Position numbers and translations under genes: made by a program. Below, in pieces: positions 44,755-53,023 of a stretch of 60,248 bases of DNA. The notes under the pieces are model-generated. The model made no database searches. It had not been told where the DNA came from and worked only from the letters and a program-made list of their open reading frames with translations. This DNA comes from a virus: the IMG/VR virus record IMGVR_UViG_3300045988_045310, positions 1 to 60,248 of that record, one strand, 5' to 3'. How positions within the stretch are numbered: the stretch's first letter is position 1; every line of letters begins with the position of its first letter.

Positions 44755-44779
44755 AAGACGGCTTGCAACCGTCTTTTTG
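44755..44779 (+). terminator. intrinsic terminator
   Basis: AAGACGG-cttgcaa-CCGTCTT followed by TTT. Confidence 0.65.
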
Positions 44780-44853
44780 ACGTGTCCTTCCGTTTGGCGG
44801 TCTGTTTTCGTTGCTCTTCTGCCGGATCCGGTCGGATTATGTGCACAGGTATA

Positions 44854-44883
44854 TTGACGGCTTGCGATGGCTTGGTGTACAAT
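44854..44883 (+). promoter_or_regulatory. promoter (TTGACG-18-TACAAT with upstream TG)
   Basis: TTGACGgcttgcgatggcttggtgTACAAT, upstream of the 44912 gene. Confidence 0.5.
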
Positions 44884-44911
44884 CAAATATTACAAGGGGG
44901 ATTTTGCCAAA

Positions 44912-45106
44912 ATGCGAAAATTGGGAATAGGTCATGTATATGACATCATGGATAGTGTTTTAGATGCTGGAAAACGGTTGGAAGTCGTTTTAAATGTGGA
45001 ATCTACCAGGGGTGGTCTGTCTCCGGAATCTGCGGAGCTGCTACGGTCTGCGCACGATGCTATTCTTTCGGCTGTCGGAGACCTTGCGAAAGCTGTGACA
45101 CGGTGA
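44912..45106 (+). CDS. hypothetical protein
   Basis: ORF track 44867..45106; start moved to MRKLGIG (AAGGGGGA RBS). Confidence 0.5.
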   Translation: MRKLGIGHVYDIMDSVLDAGKRLEVVLNVESTRGGLSPESAELLRSAHDAILSAVGDLAKAVTR

Positions 45107-45167
45107 CCGGATGCACCACAGGAGCTTACAAGCGTTTCATGCCTTGAATCGGCATAAAAAAATTAGT

Positions 45168-45345
45168 GAAAAATCTCTGAAAACGGATTTTTCAGCTTGA
45201 AAAGTGCTACCCCGGGGGGTATTTTGAAAAAGGCATTATATTTTGACGAAAAAATTTTCTTTTAAAAACCTCTGAAAACGAGATTTTCTGTTGAAAATGC
45301 AGGCCTACGGGGGTATCGAAAAATTTGACCCGAAAATTTTCTTCA
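45168..45345 (+). repeat. two tandem imperfect direct repeats of about 85-95 bp in an intergenic region
   Basis: both units contain CTCTGAAAACG.GATTTT...TTGAAAA.TGC...GGGGGTAT..GAAAAA..TTTGAC..GAAAA.TTTTCTT. Confidence 0.7.
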
Positions 45346-45350
45346 CATTC

Positions 45351-45379
45351 GTGACATATTTCCTATCATGTGCTACAAT
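45351..45379 (+). promoter_or_regulatory. promoter (GTGACA-17-TACAAT with upstream TG)
   Basis: GTGACAtatttcctatcatgtgcTACAAT, 29 nt upstream of ATG 45408. Confidence 0.5.
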
Positions 45380-45407
45380 TTTATAAAAAACGAAAGGGGA
45401 TTTTTAT

Positions 45408-46376
45408 ATGAAATGCTACAAATGTGGTTCAGAAATGAGAGTTGTTCCGGAACAGGTGGCTACTGATGAGAAAGGTCTTCCTGTGTATCACAGAATAGGT
45501 TATTGTGATTCTTGCATGGCTAAATTTGACATTGATATTGTGGAACAACAAAATAAGAAAAAGAAAAAGCAAAGCATATTAAGTATACTATCTGTTGTGT
45601 TCACTCTTCTTGGTCTTACAATTCCAGTAGCAATTATTTTAGCCATTATTGATATTGTTAAAGGCGATAAAAATAACAAAAATCACAGCGGTTCATGGTT
45701 TTCAATTATTTTTTCTGTAATTGTAATTCTTGTTTATTTTTTAGGTGGTCAAAATGTGGAAAACCAAAATGTTTCAAATAATGTAAGTATAGAGTCTTTG
45801 ACAGAAGCAGAAAGTAAAACTATGGAAGTACCAAATGAATCAGTCGAAAACTATCTTGATTATCAAGGAGAAAATACAAATCAAGAAACAGATTCTAAAA
45901 TAGAGTCTACGGCTACTCAATCAGAAAGTAATGTAATGGAAAATGAAAATTATGTAGAATATGAGCAGGAAGATGATTTATCAGAAGAGGAATATAAAAA
46001 ATCATGTGTTGAATTATTCTATGATGATATATTTTTCTCCCAAGATGATTTAGAGGGAAAAGATGTAAAACTAAATCTTTTTGTGTCAGAACTTTATGAA
46101 TTAAGAGCAAAAGATATGTATTATGATTATATTCAAGAAATGTTTGGAGAATATAATTTACAGCGGAATTTTTTAAAATGCTGTGTTTTGAGGGAAGGTA
46201 CTGAAAGCTATATGGGGGAACAAATCAATGTACTGTTTTCTAATGATTATGGATTAAACGCAACCGATTATTCCGGTGGTGAAAAAATAACTGTATATGG
46301 AAAAATAATAGGATACAGTACGAATTCATGGAGAGGTTACAACAAATGTGAATTTATGCCATTATATATAGAGTAA
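45408..46376 (+). CDS. membrane protein with an N-terminal zinc ribbon, 2 TM helices, an acidic linker and a C-terminal globular domain
   Basis: CYKCGS...CDSC ribbon; hydrophobic ILSILSVVFTLLGLTIPVAIILAIIDIV and WFSIIFSVIVILVYFLGG; Glu/Asn/Ser-rich linker. Confidence 0.6.
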   Translation: MKCYKCGSEMRVVPEQVATDEKGLPVYHRIGYCDSCMAKFDIDIVEQQNKKKKKQSILSILSVVFTLLGLTIPVAIILAIIDIVKGDKNNKNHSGSWFSIIFSVIVILVYFLGGQNVENQNVSNNVSIESLTEAESKTMEVPNESVENYLDYQGENTNQETDSKIESTATQSESNVMENENYVEYEQEDDLSEEEYKKSCVELFYDDIFFSQDDLEGKDVKLNLFVSELYELRAKDMYYDYIQEMFGEYNLQRNFLKCCVLREGTESYMGEQINVLFSNDYGLNATDYSGGEKITVYGKIIGYSTNSWRGYNKCEFMPLYIE

Positions 46377-46381
46377 TTTTT

Positions 46382-46409
46382 AGAGCATCCGCAAGGGTGC
46401 TCTTATTTT
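46382..46409 (+). terminator. intrinsic terminator
   Basis: AGAGCATCC-gcaa-GGGTGCTCT followed by TATTTT. Confidence 0.7.
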
Positions 46410-46554
46410 AAGCAAAAAAAGAATGCCCTCCACGACAAGGACACTCTTTTTTTAAAAATACATGTTTAATGCGCTTTTGCTGAAAAGTATTGCTACTGTT
46501 CAGCTGGTTTAAATTATAACCTGAACAATTATAATTATAGCATTTGTAAAAGCA

Positions 46555-46875
46555 CTACGCAAGCATTCTCATGTAATTTTTGATAATTTCATCAGCCAGT
46601 GTAAACACATTTCTTCCATAAGTGGCTAGGAAGTCTGCGACAATCTCTTCTACCTCAATCGGCATGGTAAGGTTGTATGAAAATGCAAACGCATGGCACA
46701 ACTCATGGCAGAGAACACGGTCAAAGAATGAGCCATTGATTCTGTTGGAAATATAAATGCACTGCGTATTTCGGTCTGTCATTCCAAACGTATATGTGTT
46801 ATCAGAACGCATTAACATAGTGCTGTGTGGCTCTAAAAGCCTTAAATTCCAAACGATTCCATTTATTGTGAACAT
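46555..46875 (-). CDS. small HExxH metallopeptidase (ImmA/IrrE-like)
   Basis: LCHELCHAF HExxH motif in a 106-aa protein. Confidence 0.5.
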   Translation of the reverse strand: MFTINGIVWNLRLLEPHSTMLMRSDNTYTFGMTDRNTQCIYISNRINGSFFDRVLCHELCHAFAFSYNLTMPIEVEEIVADFLATYGRNVFTLADEIIKNYMRMLA

Positions 46876-46889
46876 CTTACCACCTCCAA

Positions 46890-46915
46890 CATAAAAGGGG
46901 CTAAATAAGCCCCTT
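46890..46915 (-). terminator. intrinsic terminator ending the cargo operon
   Basis: minus strand AAGGGGC-ttattta-GCCCCTT followed by TTATGT. Confidence 0.55.
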
Positions 46916-46922
46916 ATGTGTG

Positions 46923-47570
46923 TTATCCGATTTTTGTAACCAGTGCAGAAAGCTTGCTTTTAAGGACAGACTTCTCTTCCGGTGTGGCATCATTAATGAT
47001 TTCAGACATATCCGTTGCCAGTTCGGTCATGTAGGTGTTCAGGTCACGGACTTTTGCTTCTTTGTCCTGCTGTGTATTTGCCTTATGCAGTTCCTTATTT
47101 TCCATATAGGTTCTGCGGCTCATTCCGCTTCTACCCTCTCTTGCATCACGCATGGGACCAGTAGATGTAGAAGCTTCAGTGTAGTACATTCTTCCCATGT
47201 CTCTATCCATGTCACGGTGATACATTTCCGGTGTCATGTGGTAATAGGGTGGCTCTTCATACCCTCTGCGGTAGGTTCCACGACCTTTAGGTGCAAATCT
47301 GCCGTCAGCATAGCGGTAATGGTCATAAAAACGTTTACCACCGTCACCGTAACGATCAAACATTTCCATGTTTTCGTCCGGGTCATAGTCCTGCATGGCT
47401 TTTGTCAACTCACGGTAATACATAGCTTCGGATAAGTCTTTCATCATATCAATGACGTTTCCCATTTCGCAAGTATCTACTTTGTCAATTCCTTTGTCAA
47501 ACTGCGTTTTAGCGCATTCAGAAAGTTTTTCAATCATTTCATGCATTCTTTTAACATCCATGATTTCCAC
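46923..47570 (-). CDS. hypothetical Met/Tyr/Arg/Asp-rich protein (cargo operon)
   Basis: 215-aa ORF with a low-complexity central region (YRRGYEEPPYYHMTPEMYHRDMDRDMGRMYY). Confidence 0.5.
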   Translation of the reverse strand: MEIMDVKRMHEMIEKLSECAKTQFDKGIDKVDTCEMGNVIDMMKDLSEAMYYRELTKAMQDYDPDENMEMFDRYGDGGKRFYDHYRYADGRFAPKGRGTYRRGYEEPPYYHMTPEMYHRDMDRDMGRMYYTEASTSTGPMRDAREGRSGMSRRTYMENKELHKANTQQDKEAKVRDLNTYMTELATDMSEIINDATPEEKSVLKSKLSALVTKIG

Positions 47571-47573
47571 CTC

Positions 47574-47996
47574 CTACGCTTCACGAACGGCAATTAAATT
47601 GCTGTTCTGTACCTCAATAGCCTGTGTGGAAGTGTTCTGAACCGCTACTGTGCTGCAGCATCCACGAGGAACATCAATGTAAGCCTGTGCAGATACATTG
47701 AAGAAATTCTCTACTGCTGCCAGAGTTACAATCATTCTTGTGGACTGTAAAGGTTCTCCGTCTACTGCCAACGCAAGGGAAATTTCCCCAACAGTTCCAC
47801 CAGTGGGAATCTGAATGTTACCGGAATAACTTACAAGGAATCTTGCCCGGCACTGATTAGTGATACCTCTTAACTTCACAATTCCGGATCCCTCTCTATG
47901 ATTGATACAATTACTTCCATTTACGGCAGTTTCGGTAAAAGCAATGTCTGCTCCTGCTGCCACAGTCTGTAATGCTACTGCTGTATATTCAGCCAT
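47574..47996 (-). CDS. BclA C-terminal-domain-like (C1q/TNF-like jelly-roll) protein
   Basis: QTVAAGADIAF.....NG..I.H..GS....L.....Y.V.Y pattern resembles exosporium BclA-CTD proteins; start MAEYTAV with a GAGAGG RBS. Confidence 0.4.
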   Translation of the reverse strand: MAEYTAVALQTVAAGADIAFTETAVNGSNCINHREGSGIVKLRGITNQCRARFLVSYSGNIQIPTGGTVGEISLALAVDGEPLQSTRMIVTLAAVENFFNVSAQAYIDVPRGCCSTVAVQNTSTQAIEVQNSNLIAVREA

Positions 47997-48109
47997 AAAA
48001 AGTACCTCTCTTTCAAAATAATAGGGGCAAACCATGTAGTCTGCCCCATGTTGTCAGTAATTCTGCATAGCAGACATAACCATAAGGTTAAGTTACTCGA
48101 TATGCAGTT

Positions 48110-48886
48110 TTAACATCCGCAACCAGTGTTGCAACCACACCCGTAATATACGTTAGGGTTGGGAACCTGATATGCAGGAATAGGTGCAGGTTTCACAGTG
48201 TTGATGATCTGCTGTGTCTGAGCCGCCATCTGAGTAGTGAGAAGTGCATTCTGCCGATCCTGTGAAGCTGCTCTGCGCAGATCGTTATTTTCTGCGGTCA
48301 GAGTTGCAATCTTGTCTTGGCATAAGTAGTCAAGGATTGCTCTCGTACCGGCATTTTGACTATCGATAATGTCACGAGTGTTGTTGTTCATGGTGTTCTG
48401 CAATGCGCAAGTATTCGTTGCCATATTGTAGTTTACACCCTGGATAGCTTCACGGGTATCGCAGCAGCACTGCGCTAACTGTGCCTGTAAAGCGTTAGCA
48501 TTCTGCATTCCTGCTACGGTGTCGGCATTGATAGCCTGTTGGATGCCATAGCCAGTCTGTAAAATGTTGGTATTTACGCCATTAAATCCGGTAAGCATAC
48601 CGTTGTTTACAGCGTAGAATCCGTCACAAAGACCGTTGTTGATTCCGTCCAGTTTACCGATGATAGACTGGGTGTCGAACCCTCTTTGCAATGCAGAATC
48701 GGTGTAGTAACTGGAATTAGAGCCATTACCGCCCCAACCATTACCGCCCCAACCACCAAAAGCGAAGAAAAGGACGAAAATAATAATCCACCAGGCACCG
48801 TCGTCACCCCATGCACCGTTGTTTCCATATCCACTGTTTGCAGGCATAACAGGCATGGTAAAGGGAGTATTGTTACTCTCAAACAT
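48110..48886 (-). CDS. Gly/Asn/Gln-rich membrane-anchored protein with a Cys-rich C-terminus
   Basis: TM helix WWIIIFVLFFAFGGW; GWGGNGWGGNG repeats; CCC and a terminal YYGCGCNTGCGC. Confidence 0.5.
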   Translation of the reverse strand: MFESNNTPFTMPVMPANSGYGNNGAWGDDGAWWIIIFVLFFAFGGWGGNGWGGNGSNSSYYTDSALQRGFDTQSIIGKLDGINNGLCDGFYAVNNGMLTGFNGVNTNILQTGYGIQQAINADTVAGMQNANALQAQLAQCCCDTREAIQGVNYNMATNTCALQNTMNNNTRDIIDSQNAGTRAILDYLCQDKIATLTAENNDLRRAASQDRQNALLTTQMAAQTQQIINTVKPAPIPAYQVPNPNVYYGCGCNTGCGC

Positions 48887-48941
48887 AATTTTTTACCTCC
48901 ATATAAGATTTTTTATACTTAATCTTGCAAGAATTTAGTAT

Positions 48942-49181
48942 CTACTTCATAGGAAATTGACGCTTGAATTTATCAAATTCGGAATCAAAATCCATACCAC
49001 GTTCCTTAGCAATATTTCTTCCTAACTGCTCTACTCCGGCAAAATCTCCTTTTTGAGCCATGCCCATTATATTTTTAGCCATAGGGTTTGACATGATCTG
49101 ACTGTTTCCCATCATATTTTGGATAAACTGTCGCGGATTCCCCATTGTCTTAAGCATCTGCATAGGATTCATCATATTCAT
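48942..49181 (-). CDS. small Met/Asn-rich protein
   Basis: 79 aa, MNMMNPMQMLKTMGNPRQFIQNMMGNSQIMSNPM... Confidence 0.45.
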   Translation of the reverse strand: MNMMNPMQMLKTMGNPRQFIQNMMGNSQIMSNPMAKNIMGMAQKGDFAGVEQLGRNIAKERGMDFDSEFDKFKRQFPMK

Positions 49182-49654
49182 TCTGCATCATCCTTTCTTT
49201 GCGATTGTGGAGTTTTTCTTTGCGTTTGCGAAGTTTTCAACTGCTCAATCTTTTGTTCCAGTTCATCGAAACGCTTCATAAATACCGCTGTGGCTTCGTC
49301 TGATAGATCAAATTTCGCCTTTTCTGTGTCTGACGGTGAATTGTTAGGGTCTGCATCTAAAACAGGCTTATAGAGCCTTGTATAGATTTTCCCATCTGCT
49401 CCCCAGGATTTAGCATAGATCTCCGACAGGTCTTGTTTGGGGAAGAATGCTGTGTTGCCATCCATAGGAACTTCATTCGGTGCTATGCACTCTTGCGCCG
49501 GCACAATACGACCGTACATCTGTACTGCGTTTTGCTGCGGCTGTTGCATAAACTGCTGTGGTTGGAACTGTTCCTGCTGTGGCATAAACTGTCCGTACAT
49601 AGGTGTTCTATACTGCGGATTGAAATAGTTCGGATTCATAATCGGCTGCGGCAT
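49178..49654 (-). CDS. Gln/Pro-rich protein
   Basis: 158 aa; N-terminal PQ-rich low complexity (FMPQQEQFQPQQFMQQPQQ). Confidence 0.5.
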   Translation of the reverse strand: MPQPIMNPNYFNPQYRTPMYGQFMPQQEQFQPQQFMQQPQQNAVQMYGRIVPAQECIAPNEVPMDGNTAFFPKQDLSEIYAKSWGADGKIYTRLYKPVLDADPNNSPSDTEKAKFDLSDEATAVFMKRFDELEQKIEQLKTSQTQRKTPQSQRKDDAE

Positions 49655-49707
49655 GGCTGTTCTCCCTTTCTTCCATTGATTCTATCTGTTTCGCAATTTC
49701 AACTTCA

Positions 49708-49896
49708 TCAAGTGTCTGATATGTCGGCTTGTTCATAAGTCCCAACGGACTGAAATTCATAAGCATTACCAAGTTCTCCTATAACTTCTTCTGTGGCATG
49801 GACTACGATTGATTGATATTTAAGCGGAACACTTCCCATCTGTTCTTTACTAAAAATACGTTCCAGTGCTTCATCTGAAAATCTGAATTTTGCCAT
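49708..49896 (-). CDS. hypothetical protein (first gene of the cargo operon)
   Basis: 62-aa ORF. Confidence 0.45.
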   Translation of the reverse strand: MAKFRFSDEALERIFSKEQMGSVPLKYQSIVVHATEEVIGELGNAYEFQSVGTYEQADISDT

Positions 49897-50021
49897 AAGG
49901 TCATTCCTCCTTATGCTTAAATTTTGGCATAAAAAAAGACGGTCTACCCGTCATGTATCCGTCACATTTCATTCACTATAAAATTATTGGAATCTTTGCA
50001 AAAAACTCCTTTCGTTTTAGG

Positions 50022-50208
50022 CTTGACTACTATTTTGACTACTATTCGACTACCCGTTGCCCGGGAATGCCCATTTTATCAGCTTTTTCGAGTGGAAGCA
50101 AGGGGGCTCGAACCCCACTCTATTCCTCTTACTTTCCGCATATTTACTGGCTTTCTAGGTGTTTTTTGTTGATTACTTTTGACTACTTTCGCAAAAATAG
50201 TAGTCAAA
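50022..50208. other. attP region: tRNA 3'-end-like core flanked by TTGACTACT arm-type repeats
   Basis: 50093-50117 (minus) reads TGGGG-TTCGAGC-CCCCT + TGCTTCC + A, i.e. T-arm plus acceptor 3' strand with no 5' half; TTGACTACTATT x2 plus CGACTAC at 50023-50053; TTGATTACT, TTGACTACT and inverted AGTAGTCAA at 50169-50207. Confidence 0.55.
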
Positions 50209-51429
50209 TCACCTTGCCTGTAAATCTGGTATACTACTCAAAATAGACGATTTCTTTTCAATGGTTTTCCTGTTCCTATGATAGTGTATTTCTGATGTCA
50301 TAATATCTGTATGCCCCATCTGATCCATAACAAGTCTCTTATCCACATTGTTATCCATAAGAATAGTTCCATATGTCTTTCTTACTTTGTGCGGTGGCTT
50401 TGGATAAATTTTCAATTTCCTGCAAAGCCTTTTCTGCCTTTGTCTAACCGCCTGTGCGGTGATCCTAATATCATTTTTTGTAAAAATGTAATCTCCAAAC
50501 GGATTCATGTGTTTTATTTTATCGCAAATCCATACATAATCACTTGGTATAATTGCTGTTCTGATTCCTGCCTTGGTTTTAGGATACTCTTTTACTTCAA
50601 CAACATTGTTTCCGTTTTCATCTTTATACTTCGTCTCCGTTCTGCGAACGTTAAAAGTATTATCAGAAAAATCGGAATGCCTTAATGTTACAACTTCTCC
50701 GATACGTACGCCAGTTAAAAACATAAGCAATATCGCAACATTAGAAGTATCAAGGTGGCTGACAAGATACTTAATCATTACATCAGTTTCATATTCGTCG
50801 AATACTTCTTCATAGTCTTCTTTTATTACTTTTTTAAAATCACTATCAGATACGTCAAGATTCTCAAAAAGTTCTACAATATTAAAATCAATAAGTTTAC
50901 GTTTTTTCGCCCGTTTAAGGAAAGTTCTTGTAATTCCTTTTAGACCGGAAAAAGATTTAGGTGTCAACTCTTTATCGGCAATTTCTTCCTCTAAAAAATC
51001 CCCCCATTCATCTTCTGATATTGATTTTATTCTTCGCTTACCCAACTCTCCATAGTGTCTGAGAAAATATCTCTCGTCTCTGTCGTATGTTGCTTTACAT
51101 ATCTTTTTAAGAGACAATCTCCGGTCTTCACATTCGTAAAACACTTCTGTAACTGTTGGATTTTGCTCTTTTTGGTAGTAAAACTCAATAACTTCTTCTT
51201 TGAGATCTTCCTCGCTTTTCTTTTTTACAAGTCTCCTTCCTTTTTCTTCATCTGGCAAATAAGTTCTCCAGTATCCGTCTTTGCCTTTGTTGATTGCGTA
51301 TTGGTGTTTCTTCAGATACTCCTCTTTCTTTTTCATTTCAATGCTTTTTTGCAAAGATTCCGTGTCAATCATACCATTGCTAACGGCATATTGCAATATT
51401 TCCATATCAGAAAGTTCCAAATCTATCAC
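50209..51429 (-). CDS. int: tyrosine-type site-specific integrase
   Basis: RIGEVVTLR (catalytic Arg), HKVRKTYGT (HxxR) and HTDIMTSEIHYHR (terminal Tyr region). Confidence 0.85.
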   Translation of the reverse strand: MIDLELSDMEILQYAVSNGMIDTESLQKSIEMKKKEEYLKKHQYAINKGKDGYWRTYLPDEEKGRRLVKKKSEEDLKEEVIEFYYQKEQNPTVTEVFYECEDRRLSLKKICKATYDRDERYFLRHYGELGKRRIKSISEDEWGDFLEEEIADKELTPKSFSGLKGITRTFLKRAKKRKLIDFNIVELFENLDVSDSDFKKVIKEDYEEVFDEYETDVMIKYLVSHLDTSNVAILLMFLTGVRIGEVVTLRHSDFSDNTFNVRRTETKYKDENGNNVVEVKEYPKTKAGIRTAIIPSDYVWICDKIKHMNPFGDYIFTKNDIRITAQAVRQRQKRLCRKLKIYPKPPHKVRKTYGTILMDNNVDKRLVMDQMGHTDIMTSEIHYHRNRKTIEKKSSILSSIPDLQAR

Positions 51430-51628
51430 CTTCTAACCGCTTAAGTTTATTTTTTATAGACCTCACTCTTCTTTCTACAGTAGTTACAGAAATGGAATGT
51501 CTAAAGGATATTTCTTTTTGAGAAATTCCTTTAGACAAATCCCAAAACACTTTCTCTTCCTCTTCCGTGAAATTGGCGTTCCGGAAGATTTCTTCAAGTT
51601 CTGGCTTAGTCAGTTTTGACAACTTCAT
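51407..51628 (-). CDS. small sigma-70 region-4/LuxR-like HTH protein overlapping the int start (possible excision/regulatory factor)
   Basis: FTEEEEKVFWDLSKGISQKEISFRHSISVTTVERRVRSIKNKL. Confidence 0.5.
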   Translation of the reverse strand: MKLSKLTKPELEEIFRNANFTEEEEKVFWDLSKGISQKEISFRHSISVTTVERRVRSIKNKLKRLEGDRFGTF

Positions 51629-51660
51629 AAGCCATTCTCCTTCGCTAAATTTCAGTTTAC

Positions 51661-51909
51661 CTACGCATTCGAAACTATCTCTTTTACTTTTTTCTCGTAA
51701 AATTCATCCGAAATATACTGATCTCTATAAGGGAATTTACTGTCTGTCAGAACAGCATAGGCTTCCGCCCAAGACAGACCTCCTCTTGCTGCTAATCTGT
51801 CTAATGTCTGACCACAGTGGTTTTTTAATGCCTGCTCTTCATGCGGTTTGATGATATCATAGGGAATGTATTCTTTGCCCTTTTTCGTCATAATCGGAAA
51901 TTCTTTCAT
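51661..51909 (-). CDS. hypothetical protein
   Basis: 82-aa ORF. Confidence 0.5.
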   Translation of the reverse strand: MKEFPIMTKKGKEYIPYDIIKPHEEQALKNHCGQTLDRLAARGGLSWAEAYAVLTDSKFPYRDQYISDEFYEKKVKEIVSNA

Positions 51910-51928
51910 ATACTACCTCTCTTTCAGT

Positions 51929-52720
51929 TTAAATGTTTAACGAAAGCTGTCTGGCATCCACCTCATAATTCATCCATAGGACTTCTGTCCTCGCACGTCC
52001 GCCTTCTGCTCTGGTAACCTTATATGCCTTTTGCCATTCTGAAAGCATATCATTATACATGTTGTTGTCATATCCTGATATAAGAACTTTCCCCAGGTGA
52101 TTAGCAAGGGTCTTTAATAATTCCTCATGTTCAGCATCCTGCATTTCATACTTATAGAGGTAATTCTTCCTTGTCCCATGCAAATATGGCGGATCAGCAT
52201 AGATAAATACATCTTCTGTGTTGTACCTTTCTATCAGTTCTAAGGCCGGTAAATTCTCAATCTGAACTCCCTTTAGCCTCTCAGTAGCCAGTTTCATTAT
52301 TTCAGGAAGTTCGCACCACGCTTTGGCCGGATTTGGAGAATTAGTCTGTTGGCCTGATTTAAAACCATTCTGATACAAATTCCCGCACCCAAATCCCATC
52401 CAGCATTTAACAGCAAATCTTCTCGCTCTCTCTAAATCATCACAAGATGGTTCATAAGCTGCCTTATACTCTGACCGGGAAAATGGTGTAAAATCTATCG
52501 CACGTTCCAGTTCGTCACTTCGATCTCTCAATATGCGGAAGAAATTTACTATTTCTTCATCGATGTCATTAACTGTCTCAATGTGACTACGCTGCTTATT
52601 AAAAAACACCGCCAAGCTACCAGCAAAAGGTTCTACGTAAACATCATGCTTCGGTATGTATTCGCATATCCAAGGTGCAAGACGATTCTTTGCTCCCGGA
52701 TATTTTAATATGCTTTTCAC
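51929..52720 (-). CDS. dam: DNA N6-adenine methyltransferase (Dam/D12 class), no cognate nuclease seen
   Basis: KYPGAKNRL, EPFAGSLAVFF and YADPPY motifs; GTG start. Confidence 0.85.
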   Translation of the reverse strand: MKSILKYPGAKNRLAPWICEYIPKHDVYVEPFAGSLAVFFNKQRSHIETVNDIDEEIVNFFRILRDRSDELERAIDFTPFSRSEYKAAYEPSCDDLERARRFAVKCWMGFGCGNLYQNGFKSGQQTNSPNPAKAWCELPEIMKLATERLKGVQIENLPALELIERYNTEDVFIYADPPYLHGTRKNYLYKYEMQDAEHEELLKTLANHLGKVLISGYDNNMYNDMLSEWQKAYKVTRAEGGRARTEVLWMNYEVDARQLSLNI

Positions 52721-52757
52721 ACTTTCACCTTCCTTTGTTAAATCCTAATATTTCACT

Positions 52758-52991
52758 TTAGATGTTCATAACACCAGACTTCCATCCTGCTTTTTTAGCC
52801 TCTTCTGAAAGAATCTCATTTTCTTCAGCTATAGCCATTTTTCTTTGTTGTTTTTCTAAACAATATATTGATAAAATTTCATCCACCAACTCATTAATAC
52901 TACATAACATATCTCCGTCAACCTCTTCGGTTCGTTCTGCATCATTTAAAATATTTTTTATATCTTCTGCACATTCATGTATTTTTCTCAT
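52758..52991 (-). CDS. hypothetical protein
   Basis: 77-aa ORF. Confidence 0.5.
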   Translation of the reverse strand: MRKIHECAEDIKNILNDAERTEEVDGDMLCSINELVDEILSIYCLEKQQRKMAIAEENEILSEEAKKAGWKSGVMNI

Positions 52992-53023
52992 ACAAATGCC
53001 TCCATAAATCTTAATATTTCAGT

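Noticed and set aside
48607-48882. Same-strand overlapping ORF 48607..48882 inside 48110..48886, and nested ORF 26407..26646 inside 26342..26878
   Set aside because: They are alternative-frame ORFs fully embedded in longer, better-supported genes and lack independent RBSs.
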